Shown here piece after piece: positions 8,152 to 16,930 of a stretch of DNA of 64,000 nucleotides (positions within the stretch are counted from its first letter, which is position 1; every line of letters starts with the position of its first letter). The DNA comes from Gammaproteobacteria bacterium (GTDB lineage: Bacteria > Pseudomonadota > Gammaproteobacteria > Arenicellales > Poriferihabitantaceae): the NCBI GenBank assembly GCA_009841725.1, contig VYGS01000094.1, positions 3,114 to 67,113 of the forward strand, in the 5' to 3' direction. The notes under the pieces were generated by a model, which had not been told where the DNA came from, did not search any database, and was given only the letters and a program-made list of their open reading frames with translations. The translations under genes and the position numbers were made by a program.

Positions 8152-10004
8152 GCCGGCAATCCGAATCGACTGCGTGTGTCCTGGGTCAGCTGACCGTCCG
8201 CCGTCCAGCCTCTCAGTTCATAGTACTCCGGAAGCATCACGTCCAGGCCGGACACCTTGCCTTCCGCCGGCCCGGTCTTGGCCGCATCCTTGAGCAACCT
8301 CTTCGGCAACATGTCATCGGCACCGGTCAGTCCCGCACGCATGTTGTAGTCGCGTTCAAGATTCCAGATCCGCTCTCCGGCCTCAAGCAGTCTTTCGGGC
8401 GTCCAGTCGCCCTCACAGGCCGCGTCAACCTGAGGAGCGATATTGTCCAGGGACCAGGCGAAGGTGGTAAACACGCACAGTCCGGTGGAATCGACGGCTG
8501 CCGTCGCATCCTGAAACGCCTTGACCAGGCCTGCCTTCCCGTCTGTCGAGAGGGGATCGGTCTTCTCCGGAATTCCCAGTACTTCCGACGCTACCGTGTA
8601 GCTTCTCAGATGACAGGCACCCCGGTTGGATGTCGCATAGGTCAGACCCATGCCCTGCACGCCACGCGGATCATAGGCCGGAAATTCCTGCCCCTTCACC
8701 GTCATCGAGAGTTCCGGACGACCGTATTTCTCGCAGAGCCGTTTCGAACCCAGTCCCAGATCTGCGCCGAATCCCTCTCCGGTTGCCACCTTCTCGGCAC
8801 ACCAGGCGAGCGCTTCCGAGGAGCCGAAACGCAACTCCATGCCTCCGGTATGCTCGGTCGTGATGACACCCTCCTCGAACAGTTCCATGGCGGCCGCCAC
8901 GGTCGCGCCAAAAGAGATCGGGTCCATGCCGTCCTCATTGCAAACGAAGTTGGCGTAGGTCAGGGTATCCAGATCCCCGACGCCGGTATCCGCTCCGAGT
9001 GCCCAGGCCGCCTCGTATTCGAGGCCGCCGGAATTGCCCCAGTATTCGGGCTTGTTCTCGACCGTGAAGTGCTCCCTGTCGATGGTCGAAATCCTGCCGC
9101 AGGCGATCGTGCAGCCAAAGCAGGCGGCGTTGGTCGTGAGATTCGGCTTCCCGTCGCTTTCACGGGGTTCCTGCATGGCCTCGGCGCTGATCTTGTTGGC
9201 ATCCTTGAACTGCACCTCCTTCATGTTGTTGGTCGGCAACGCGCCGATCTCGTTGATGACATTCATCAGGACCTGCGTTCCCAGTGCCGGGAGCCCCTGC
9301 CCGGTCACCGCATTTTCAGCCAGGACCTTTTTCTGTTCGGTGGTCGCCGAGAGGAAGCGCCCGGGATCCTTGATATTGCCCACTCCGAGCGTGCCGCGCA
9401 CGGCCATCGCCTTGAGATTTTTCGAGGCCATGACGGTCCCGACGCCGGAGCGACCGGCGGCCCGGTGCAGATCATTGATCACCGCGGAATAAAGGCAACC
9501 CGCTTCGGCCGCGCGCCCGACGGCCGCAATGCGCATCTGGGGATCGTTGTATTTCTGGTGAATCAGCTTGTCGGCTTCCCATACGGACTTGCCCCACAGA
9601 TCGTCAGCCGGCACCAGTTCAGCCTTGTCATCGACAATGTGGAGCATCACCGGGGAAGGCGAGCGACCCTCGCAGATGACCATGTCCCAGCCCGCCGACT
9701 TGAGCTCGGCTCCGATGAATCCTCCCGAATTCGAACAGGCGACCGCACCAGTCAAAGGGCTTTTGGTAATGACGGAATAGCGGCCGCCAGTGGACGCCAT
9801 GGTGCCGGTCAGCGGGCCGGTCGCGAAAATAAGCTTGTTGTCCGGGCCAAGAGGATCGCACGTGGGATCGGTCTCCTCGAACAGGTATCGGGTGGCAAGA
9901 CCGCGTTGGCCGATGTACTCTGCGGCCCATTGCATGTTGAGGGGCTCGACATTCAACGTCCCCTCGGTCAGATTGACTCTGAGTATCTTTCTTGTCCAGC
10001 TCAT
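8148..10004 (-). CDS. aorB: tungsten-pterin aldehyde:ferredoxin oxidoreductase catalytic subunit (AOR family)
   Basis: The ORF track gives 8148..10055. I trimmed it to the ATG at 10004 (MSWTRKILRVNLTEG...), which is preceded by GAGGAGG 7 nt upstream. It has a typical AOR N-terminal domain and C-terminal AFOR domains, and is about 618 aa. Confidence 0.9.
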   Translation of the reverse strand: MSWTRKILRVNLTEGTLNVEPLNMQWAAEYIGQRGLATRYLFEETDPTCDPLGPDNKLIFATGPLTGTMASTGGRYSVITKSPLTGAVACSNSGGFIGAELKSAGWDMVICEGRSPSPVMLHIVDDKAELVPADDLWGKSVWEADKLIHQKYNDPQMRIAAVGRAAEAGCLYSAVINDLHRAAGRSGVGTVMASKNLKAMAVRGTLGVGNIKDPGRFLSATTEQKKVLAENAVTGQGLPALGTQVLMNVINEIGALPTNNMKEVQFKDANKISAEAMQEPRESDGKPNLTTNAACFGCTIACGRISTIDREHFTVENKPEYWGNSGGLEYEAAWALGADTGVGDLDTLTYANFVCNEDGMDPISFGATVAAAMELFEEGVITTEHTGGMELRFGSSEALAWCAEKVATGEGFGADLGLGSKRLCEKYGRPELSMTVKGQEFPAYDPRGVQGMGLTYATSNRGACHLRSYTVASEVLGIPEKTDPLSTDGKAGLVKAFQDATAAVDSTGLCVFTTFAWSLDNIAPQVDAACEGDWTPERLLEAGERIWNLERDYNMRAGLTGADDMLPKRLLKDAAKTGPAEGKVSGLDVMLPEYYELRGWTADGQLTQDTRSRFGLPA

Positions 10005-10015
10005 GTTACACCTCC

Positions 10016-10492
10016 TCAGTTGGCATGGGTCGCGTTGTCGGTTTTCGCCGCCCATGACCTCATCTTGTCAAGACCCGTGGCATCCGCATCGACATAGGTG
10101 ATTGCTTCGGTCGGACAGGCTGCTGCGCACTGGGGGTCGCCGCCGCACAGGTCGCATTTGATGACCTTTCCGGTGCTCTGGTTGTAGTTCACCGTTCCAA
10201 AGGGGCAGGCGATCGTACACACCTTGCAGCCGACGCAGACCGCATCCAGCACTTCCATCGCACCGGTTTCCCGGTTCATCTTGATGGCCTCGACCGGACA
10301 TGCGTGGAGGCACCATGCTTCGTCACACTGGGTGCAGGTATAGGGCACAAACCGACCTTCGTGATGGAAGGAAAATACCTTTATTCTGGATTTCGCCGGA
10401 TTGAATACACCTTCGTTCTCAAAGGAACAGGCCATCTCGCATTGCAGACAGCCGGTGCATTTGTCGGGATTGATGTTCAATGATCTTAGCAT
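10016..10492 (-). CDS. aorA: polyferredoxin electron-transfer subunit with four [4Fe-4S] motifs (AorA-like)
   Basis: Four Cys clusters are present: CTGCLQCEMAC, CTQCDEAWCLHACP, CVGCKVCTIACP and CDLCGGDPQCAAACP. The start is trimmed to the ATG at 10492 (MLRSLNINPDKC), preceded by AGGAGAACCCAGA. Confidence 0.85.
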   Translation of the reverse strand: MLRSLNINPDKCTGCLQCEMACSFENEGVFNPAKSRIKVFSFHHEGRFVPYTCTQCDEAWCLHACPVEAIKMNRETGAMEVLDAVCVGCKVCTIACPFGTVNYNQSTGKVIKCDLCGGDPQCAAACPTEAITYVDADATGLDKMRSWAAKTDNATHAN

Positions 10493-10541
10493 TCTGGGTT
10501 CTCCTGCATGGGGCGAAAAAACTAGCGCTTGTTCGCATAAA

Positions 10542-10557
10542 GGCGGATTCATCCGCC
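10542..10557. promoter_or_regulatory. 7-2-7 inverted repeat GGCGGAT-tc-ATCCGCC in the aorA leader / divergent ABC-transporter intergenic region
   Basis: Perfect pairing checked by hand. It lies 50-65 nt upstream of the aorA ATG. On the minus strand it is followed by TTTAT. Confidence 0.35.
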
Positions 10558-10766
10558 CTTGGAAAATTAAACCTTATCACTTAACAGGAACATTCACAAG
10601 AAAAGTACCGCGATTTCCTGGGGGCTATAATCAAGACTTATCCACAGCAAATCGAAGCACTCTCCCATGCGCCCCGCTACCGGCACGACCCTCTCCCGCT
10701 CCGCTTCCCCGGGATACGAGACCCGGCAATGCGATGTCGGGGCCTGCGCCGAGCCAAGAATCTCCG

Positions 10767-11465
10767 ATGAGCGGCCGGAATCATCGCGATGAGGCGGTCG
10801 CCGTCATGTCCCGGGTCATCCGGGAGTTTGACGACGCCGGAACTGTCCGAAGAGTGCTGGACGAACTCGATTTCACGGCAACCGGCGGCAGTCTGGTTGC
10901 CATAACCGGTCCGAGCGGTTCGGGAAAATCCACTCTCCTCCACCTGCTTGGCGGTATCGACGTTCCCAATTCGGGGCGGATCACGGTCAGCAATACAGAC
11001 CTGACCGGGCTGAACGAAACCGACAGGACCCTTTTCAGGAGACGGCACATCGGGCTGGTCTTCCAGTTCTTCAACCTGATCCCGACACTGAGCGTGATCG
11101 ACAATCTCCGGCTTCCGCTTGAGCTTTGCGGGCTCGAATCGGACGATTCGGTCATCATGCCCTGGCTGGAGCGGTTCCATCTCCAGAATCAGGCCTCCTG
11201 CTTCCCGGACCTCCTGTCAGGCGGAGAACAGCAGAGGGTGGCGGTCATCCGCGCCACCATCCACAGGCCGACCCTCATACTGGCCGATGAGCCAACGGGA
11301 AACCTGGATGAATCACAAGGGCGCATCGTGCTTGAACTGGTCAGGACGGTTGCCGATGAAGGCACCTGCGTCATCATGGCAACCCACAGCCGAAGCGCTT
11401 CCGAATGCGCCGATCGGCATTACAGATTGAGCGATGGCAAGCTGCACGAGTCATCTCCCGACTGA
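10767..11465 (+). CDS. ABC transporter ATP-binding protein (AttE/LolD/MacB-ATPase-like)
   Basis: Has Walker A GPSGSGKST, signature LSGGEQQRV and Walker B LILADEPTGNLD. The track ORF begins at 10401, but that extension crosses the divergent intergenic region. Plausible starts are 10734, 10767 and 10806. Confidence 0.85.
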   Translation: MSGRNHRDEAVAVMSRVIREFDDAGTVRRVLDELDFTATGGSLVAITGPSGSGKSTLLHLLGGIDVPNSGRITVSNTDLTGLNETDRTLFRRRHIGLVFQFFNLIPTLSVIDNLRLPLELCGLESDDSVIMPWLERFHLQNQASCFPDLLSGGEQQRVAVIRATIHRPTLILADEPTGNLDESQGRIVLELVRTVADEGTCVIMATHSRSASECADRHYRLSDGKLHESSPD

Positions 11466-13980
11466 ACGTCCGGCCACGGCAACGGAATTGCTGCTCAAGA
11501 CCTTTCTGAGGGAACAGAAAAAATCGCCCGGCCCGTTCATGCTGGCCACCTTGAGTGTCATGATCGGGGTGGCCGCAATAGTCGGGATCGATGTCGCCAG
11601 CCAATCCGCCCTCAAGGAATTCGAGCGCGCCAACAGGATGGTTTCGGGTCTGGCCACACACCGTGTCGTCGGGGGCGTGTCCGGACTGGATGAACGGATC
11701 TATGCCCGACTCAGGATCGAAGGCGGATTGCGCAACACGGCACCGGTCATCGAAGCCGAGGTGAGAATCGATCATGAGCCCGGGACATGGCGACTTCTGG
11801 GAATCGACCCGCTCAGCGACTACCGGGTCCGGGAAAGCGGTCTGCTGTCGATGGAGCACGGCGATCAGTCGGACATCCCCTGGCCTGTTCATGTGCCGGA
11901 TACCGAAATCCGGCCGGTCGGATCGACACTGACACTGTCTTCCGGTTCCCGACAGCAGGTCTTCACGGTAGCGGGCCGTATTTTTGAGGAAACGGGCGAG
12001 CCCGAGAACGACGCACACGGTTTCCTGGTCACCGACATCATGTGGGCGCAGGAATTTCTCGGGCAGTCCGGGAGATTGGGCCATATCGACCTCAAGCTGG
12101 GCCCGCAGGCCGAATCCAGCACCGTCGAAGCGCTCCTTCCTTCCTCCGCGCGCCTGATCGACCTGGAGACCCGTCATTCGGCCCAGAAGGACATGACCCG
12201 GGCCTTTCGAACCAATCTCGCGGCTCTCAGCCATCTCACGTTGCTGGTCGCCATGTTCCTGATCTACAGCTCAACGGCCTTTCAGGTCGCCCGGCGCCGA
12301 AACCTGCTGTCCCGCCTGAGGGCAGTTGGCTTCACGAATCGTGAAATCGTGCGGGCGCTGGGCGTGGAGCTCACGGTCGTCGCCCTGGCTGGATCTGCGG
12401 CCGGCATTGCGCTCGGATTCCTGCTCTCCTCCTTCATGATCGCACTGGTGACCGAAACCATCGACATCCTGTATTTCGATCTTGGAGAGGGCTCCCTGAC
12501 CCTGTCTGCCGAAATGCTTGTCAAGGCCACCGCGCTGGGGGTACTGGGAACCGCGATCGCCGGTGCAGTACCGATACGGGAAGCCGGCCGGATCACCGTG
12601 CAGGCCCTGTCGAAACGCTCTTTCGAGGAAAGCAGGGTCATGACCCTGTCCCGCCGGGTGCTGCCGGCGGCGGCGTTGAGTTTCGCCTCGGGAGTCGCCC
12701 TGCTGGCGACAGGGAGCCAGTCCCTCGGCCTCGCTTTCGCGGGCCTGTTCCTGCTGCTGCTCGGTCCGGCCTCCTGCACGCCCTGGCTGGTTCTCCATGC
12801 CTGCAATATTCTCGCTCCGGCTGTCGGCAGGGCCGCGGGCCTGGTCGCCAAGACGGCCGTCATCAACATCCGATCCCATCTCAGCCGGACCGGCGTTTCC
12901 GTTATCGCACTGTCCCTGGCCGTCAGCACCTCCCTGGGAGTGGCCCTGATGATCGACAGCTTCCGCCATTCCGTCGAACACTGGCTGAACCATTACATGC
13001 GCGCCGACCTCTACATCACCAGCGCTGTGCCCGGTTCGCCCTATCTGTCCGATACCTTCCGGTCTCAGCTTGCAAGCCTGGAAGGCGTCCGGGCGGTCGG
13101 ATTCAGCAGGCGGCTTTCCATACATTCCGATCTCGGCCTGCACGACCTGCTTGCCGTCGACACCAACCCTACCGGGTTTCGGGGATTCATGATCAAATCT
13201 CCGCCAGGCGCGGATCTCTGGAATCGGTTCAACGAACCCCGGGCCGTACTGGTCACGGAGGCGCTGGCCAACCGCCACCGTCTGGTCGTGGGAGACGATC
13301 TCGTCCTGCCAACCCTTGAAGGCGAGGTCCCGTTCCGGATCATCGGAATCTACCGGGACTATTCCAGCGAGCACGGTCTGGTCACCCTGTCCTGGGGAAA
13401 CTACGTCCGGTATTTCGAAGACCCGGGGGTAACTTCGGCAGGTCTTTACCTTGAGCCGGGTACCTCGCCCCCCGACGTGAAGGAAGCCGTGCGAAATCTC
13501 GACTCCGCTCCTGCGGAACTGTTCATTCGTTCAAACAGGGAATTGCGGGATCGGACCATGGATGTCTTTGACCGGACTTTCGAGATCACCGGGGTGTTGA
13601 GATGGCTGACCGTGCTGGTCGCAGTCACCGGGTTGGTGTTCTCCCTGATCGCCTTGCAACTCGAGCGCACCGCACTGAACGCCAGGCTGAAGGCCATCGG
13701 GTTCAGCCGGACCCAACTCGCGGCGCAGATCATCGCGGAGACTTCGCTGACCGGGCTTCTCGCAGGCCTGATCGCGATTCCGATCGGACTGACTCTTTCG
13801 CTGTCACTGATCGAGGTTGTCAATGTCCGCTCGTTCGGGTGGACCATGACAAGCCGGATCGATCCGGTCTTGCTGATGGCGGCAATCGGCATGTCCACGG
13901 TATCGGCTGCGGCAGGCGGAATCTACCCGGCCATCCGGATGTGGCACACACCGATTTCCAATGGCCTGCGCGATGACTAG
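11434..13980 (+). CDS. ABC transporter permease with duplicated FtsX-type domains (fused AttF/AttG-like)
   Basis: 848 aa with two FtsX-like 4-TM modules separated by large periplasmic regions. It overlaps the ATPase stop. The start is uncertain: ATG at 11434 or TTG near 11488. Confidence 0.85.
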   Translation: MASCTSHLPTERPATATELLLKTFLREQKKSPGPFMLATLSVMIGVAAIVGIDVASQSALKEFERANRMVSGLATHRVVGGVSGLDERIYARLRIEGGLRNTAPVIEAEVRIDHEPGTWRLLGIDPLSDYRVRESGLLSMEHGDQSDIPWPVHVPDTEIRPVGSTLTLSSGSRQQVFTVAGRIFEETGEPENDAHGFLVTDIMWAQEFLGQSGRLGHIDLKLGPQAESSTVEALLPSSARLIDLETRHSAQKDMTRAFRTNLAALSHLTLLVAMFLIYSSTAFQVARRRNLLSRLRAVGFTNREIVRALGVELTVVALAGSAAGIALGFLLSSFMIALVTETIDILYFDLGEGSLTLSAEMLVKATALGVLGTAIAGAVPIREAGRITVQALSKRSFEESRVMTLSRRVLPAAALSFASGVALLATGSQSLGLAFAGLFLLLLGPASCTPWLVLHACNILAPAVGRAAGLVAKTAVINIRSHLSRTGVSVIALSLAVSTSLGVALMIDSFRHSVEHWLNHYMRADLYITSAVPGSPYLSDTFRSQLASLEGVRAVGFSRRLSIHSDLGLHDLLAVDTNPTGFRGFMIKSPPGADLWNRFNEPRAVLVTEALANRHRLVVGDDLVLPTLEGEVPFRIIGIYRDYSSEHGLVTLSWGNYVRYFEDPGVTSAGLYLEPGTSPPDVKEAVRNLDSAPAELFIRSNRELRDRTMDVFDRTFEITGVLRWLTVLVAVTGLVFSLIALQLERTALNARLKAIGFSRTQLAAQIIAETSLTGLLAGLIAIPIGLTLSLSLIEVVNVRSFGWTMTSRIDPVLLMAAIGMSTVSAAAGGIYPAIRMWHTPISNGLRDD

Positions 13981-15115
13981 AATCGCCGCCATCATGCTTT
14001 GCGTCCTGATCGCCGTTTGGGCGATCTCGTACCGGTTCACGGCTCGGGATGTCCAGCCGCCGGCCGATCCGTTCCTGTCGGAAATGCTCTCGGACAAGGC
14101 CGAAGCCCGCCACTACGACCGGGCCGCTCCGGACGTCCTGATCCGTTTCCCGGCGGACCACGGCGCCCACGAGAGCTTTCGCCATGAGTGGTGGTACTTC
14201 ACAGGCAATCTCCGGACTCGTGACGATCGGGAGTTCGGCTACCAGTTGACCTTTTTCCGGTTTGCCCACCCCCGCAAACCGGATATCGAGAATGCGTGGA
14301 ACAACAGCCAGACCTGGCTGGGACATCTGGCCGTCAGCGACATTGCATCCGGCAGGTTCCACACCGATCAGGAACTGTCGCGGCAATCTCTGGGACTTGC
14401 AGGCGTCGAAGCCACGCCGTTCCGGGTCTGGCTGCATGGCTGGAGCGCGACAGATTTCGGCCACATGGACGAAAACGGGCTCTCACTTGAATTGTTCGCC
14501 GAGGGAGACGGATTCGGTATCGATCTCGAGGTACGCAGTGCCGGACCCCCGGTTCTGCAGGGCGAGAACGGCTATAGTCCGAAGAGCCATTCGGGAACTC
14601 CGGCTTCCCATTATTATTCCTATCCGGCCATGACAACCTCGGGGCAGATTCAGATCGGAGGCATGTCCCATGATGTCGCCGGCTCGACCTGGATGGATCG
14701 GGAATGGTCAAGCGGCATCCTCCAACCCGGCCAATCCGGGTGGGACTGGTTCGCATTGCGCCTCGATGACGGCAGCAGGATCATGGCTTTCCAGATACGC
14801 CAAGAGGAGGGAGAGCCCTACCGCCACGCCGTGCTGATCCGGCCTGACAGCAGGAAACAGCATATTGAAGTGGTCGCCATGAAGCCCGTCCGAAGATGGC
14901 GCAGTCCCGCTACGGGAATCGAATATCCGATCGGCTGGGAACTGGAGTTCAGCGCGCCGGACGGATCCATTTCGATTGCGGTGGAAAGCCTCATGCCGGA
15001 TCAGGAGGTCGACCTCATGTTCCGGTATTACGAGGGTGCGGTCGGGCTGACCGGCTTGTACGGCAACCTCGGGATTTCGGGCCGTGGATACATGGAGATG
15101 ACGGGATACCGGTAG
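13961..15115 (+). CDS. AttH-like / CrtC (hydroxyneurosporene synthase)-domain lipocalin-like periplasmic protein
   Basis: Has an N-terminal anchor (IAAIMLCVLIAVWAISY) and FPADHGAHESFRHEWWYFTGNL, typical of the AttH/CrtC-like family found with AttEFG ABC systems. It overlaps the permease stop. An alternative start is at 13973. Confidence 0.75.
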   Translation: MACAMTRIAAIMLCVLIAVWAISYRFTARDVQPPADPFLSEMLSDKAEARHYDRAAPDVLIRFPADHGAHESFRHEWWYFTGNLRTRDDREFGYQLTFFRFAHPRKPDIENAWNNSQTWLGHLAVSDIASGRFHTDQELSRQSLGLAGVEATPFRVWLHGWSATDFGHMDENGLSLELFAEGDGFGIDLEVRSAGPPVLQGENGYSPKSHSGTPASHYYSYPAMTTSGQIQIGGMSHDVAGSTWMDREWSSGILQPGQSGWDWFALRLDDGSRIMAFQIRQEEGEPYRHAVLIRPDSRKQHIEVVAMKPVRRWRSPATGIEYPIGWELEFSAPDGSISIAVESLMPDQEVDLMFRYYEGAVGLTGLYGNLGISGRGYMEMTGYR

Positions 15116-15211
15116 ATACCCGGTAGTCATCGGACCTGATCCGGCTTGCGTGTGCAGGTTATTTCAAGCTGCGGTCTTGATTCATCAATCGGCCTGGTTT
15201 CTAATTCACCT

Positions 15212-15592
15212 ATGGACAGCATCACCCAGAGAATCGACATCACGGTCACGCCCACCTATCTTGAGGCGCAATCCTCCCCGGACACCGACCACTACGTGTT
15301 CGCCTACACGGTCAACATCGTCAATCGGGGCGAGCAGGCCGCCCAGTTGCTGACCCGACACTGGATCATCACCGATTCCAACGGCAAGACCGAGGAAGTC
15401 AGGGGGACCGGAGTCGTGGGGGAATTTCCCTACCTGAAACCGGGGGAAAGCTATGAATACACGAGCGGAACCGTGATCGGCACGCCGCTGGGTTCCATGA
15501 GGGGCAGCTATCAGATGTGCGACGATGACGGAAACACCTTTGATGCCACGATTCCGGTGTTCACCCTCTCTGCCGGCGTTGTATTGCACTGA
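15212..15592 (+). CDS. apaG: ApaG (DUF525) protein
   Basis: Shows the ApaG pattern: ITVTPTYLEAQSSPDTDHYVFAYTVNIVNRGEQAAQLLTRHWIITDSNGKTEEVRGTGVVGEFPYLKPGE. Trimmed to the ATG at 15212. Confidence 0.85.
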   Translation: MDSITQRIDITVTPTYLEAQSSPDTDHYVFAYTVNIVNRGEQAAQLLTRHWIITDSNGKTEEVRGTGVVGEFPYLKPGESYEYTSGTVIGTPLGSMRGSYQMCDDDGNTFDATIPVFTLSAGVVLH

Positions 15593-15654
15593 CGCCTCGC
15601 ATGGCGCAAGGTCCCGAACGGCCGGACGGCACCCGGCCTCACCGCCGACCGGAT

Positions 15655-16923
15655 TCAGCCTGTCGGCTTCACGTGCCGATAGGCCAGGTATGCGCGCATG
15701 TGCGAGTCGGGATCGTGAACACGAAGAATATCGGCTGTGCCGGACAACGCCAGCGAGACGCCCAGCGTCTCCGAATCCCGATCTGGCGCGCTCCCGGCAA
15801 ACCCCTTCATGAATGATTTTCGGGAATGCCCGATCAGCAGACGCAACCCGTGATCCCGAAGCTGTCGGCATCCTCCCACAAGCTCCAGCGATTGCAGGGC
15901 ATCCTTGCCGAAACCGATTCCCGGATCGATGATGATTCTGGCCGGATCCAGCCCCTGATCCGACCAGTATTCCATCCGCCTTTCTATCCACGCCTTCACC
16001 TGCGCCAGCGCACTGTCGCTCTTGGGCAGCCCTCGGTCGGGATCGACCGGCACTGTCACGCTGTGCATGGCCACCGCATCGCAACCGCTTTCCCGAACCA
16101 TCGCGCACATCTTCGGATCACCCAGCCCACCGACATCGTTGACGCAGTCGACGCCCAGCTCGAGTGCCCGGGCAACAGTTCGCCAGTGGCGGCTGTCGAT
16201 GGATATCCGGGGTCCAATCGGATCTCCCCCGATCCTTTCCCGGGCCAGGCAAAGGGCGGGCTCCAGACGACGCCATTCCTCTTCGGGATCGACCGGGGCG
16301 GCATTCGGGCGCGTGGACTCGGCTCCGAAATCCAGAATCTGGACACCCTGTGCGAGATGGCGCTCAAGACGGGATTCCAGTTCGTCTTGGTTCGAGCCCA
16401 ACCCATCCCCGGAGAATGAATCCGGCGTCAGGTTGACGATGGCCATCCACAGTGGATCGGTATCGGCGATCCGGCTCAACTGGAAGACGGTCATCCCGGT
16501 TCCGGGCACCGCCAGGTTGGGTGCAAGGTGGAGCAGTGGCGTTAGAACGAAGCTCCGCTCGGCGATACCGATGTGCGGTATGCGCAGGTCCGGATCGCGG
16601 ATTTCAAGATCGCCCCAGATCAGCAGATCGATATCGATCGGTCGCGGAGACCATCTTGGTCCCGGTGTCCGTCCCATGCCCCGCTCGATGCGCTTGGCGA
16701 TTTCAAGACCTTCCCGAGGGCTCCAGGGGCACTCGCCCTCGATCACGCAATTGAGATAAGGCCGGATCCAGTCCGGCTCCGCGTTCCCATCCAGCATGGC
16801 GGGCGTCTCCACCACGGGAGAAACCCTCGTGACGCGAAATCCGCTCTGTCCGAGTTCTGCTATGGCGCGCCTGAGATTCTCCCGGCGGTTGCCCTGGTTG
16901 GCGCCCAGCGCAAGATAGATCAT
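15655..16923 (-). CDS. folKP: bifunctional HPPK (FolK) - dihydropteroate synthase (FolP) fusion
   Basis: The N-terminal roughly 160 aa form an HPPK domain (IYLALGANQGN..., PRPIDIDLL). The C-terminal DHPS domain has IVNLTPDSFSGDG, ILDFGAESTRP, NDVGG and LIGHSRKSF. Both lie in one uninterrupted 422-aa frame. Confidence 0.9.
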   Translation of the reverse strand: MIYLALGANQGNRRENLRRAIAELGQSGFRVTRVSPVVETPAMLDGNAEPDWIRPYLNCVIEGECPWSPREGLEIAKRIERGMGRTPGPRWSPRPIDIDLLIWGDLEIRDPDLRIPHIGIAERSFVLTPLLHLAPNLAVPGTGMTVFQLSRIADTDPLWMAIVNLTPDSFSGDGLGSNQDELESRLERHLAQGVQILDFGAESTRPNAAPVDPEEEWRRLEPALCLARERIGGDPIGPRISIDSRHWRTVARALELGVDCVNDVGGLGDPKMCAMVRESGCDAVAMHSVTVPVDPDRGLPKSDSALAQVKAWIERRMEYWSDQGLDPARIIIDPGIGFGKDALQSLELVGGCRQLRDHGLRLLIGHSRKSFMKGFAGSAPDRDSETLGVSLALSGTADILRVHDPDSHMRAYLAYRHVKPTG

Positions 16924-16930
16924 CCGGCTG

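Noticed and set aside
8610-10097. 495-aa plus-strand ORF opposite the AOR catalytic gene
   Set aside because: It is the antisense shadow of a strongly conserved gene. The translation is Arg/Gly/His-rich with no motifs.
10401-10766. N-terminal 122-codon extension of the ABC ATPase ORF
   Set aside because: The extension overlaps the aorA coding region and the divergent promoter region. Its sequence is Pro/Arg/Ser-rich. The ABC domain needs only about 30 aa before Walker A, so I moved the start to 10767 (alternatives 10734 and 10806).
12271-13374. 367-aa minus-strand ORF opposite the FtsX-type permease
   Set aside because: It is an antisense shadow with a low-complexity Gly/Arg/Gln-rich translation.
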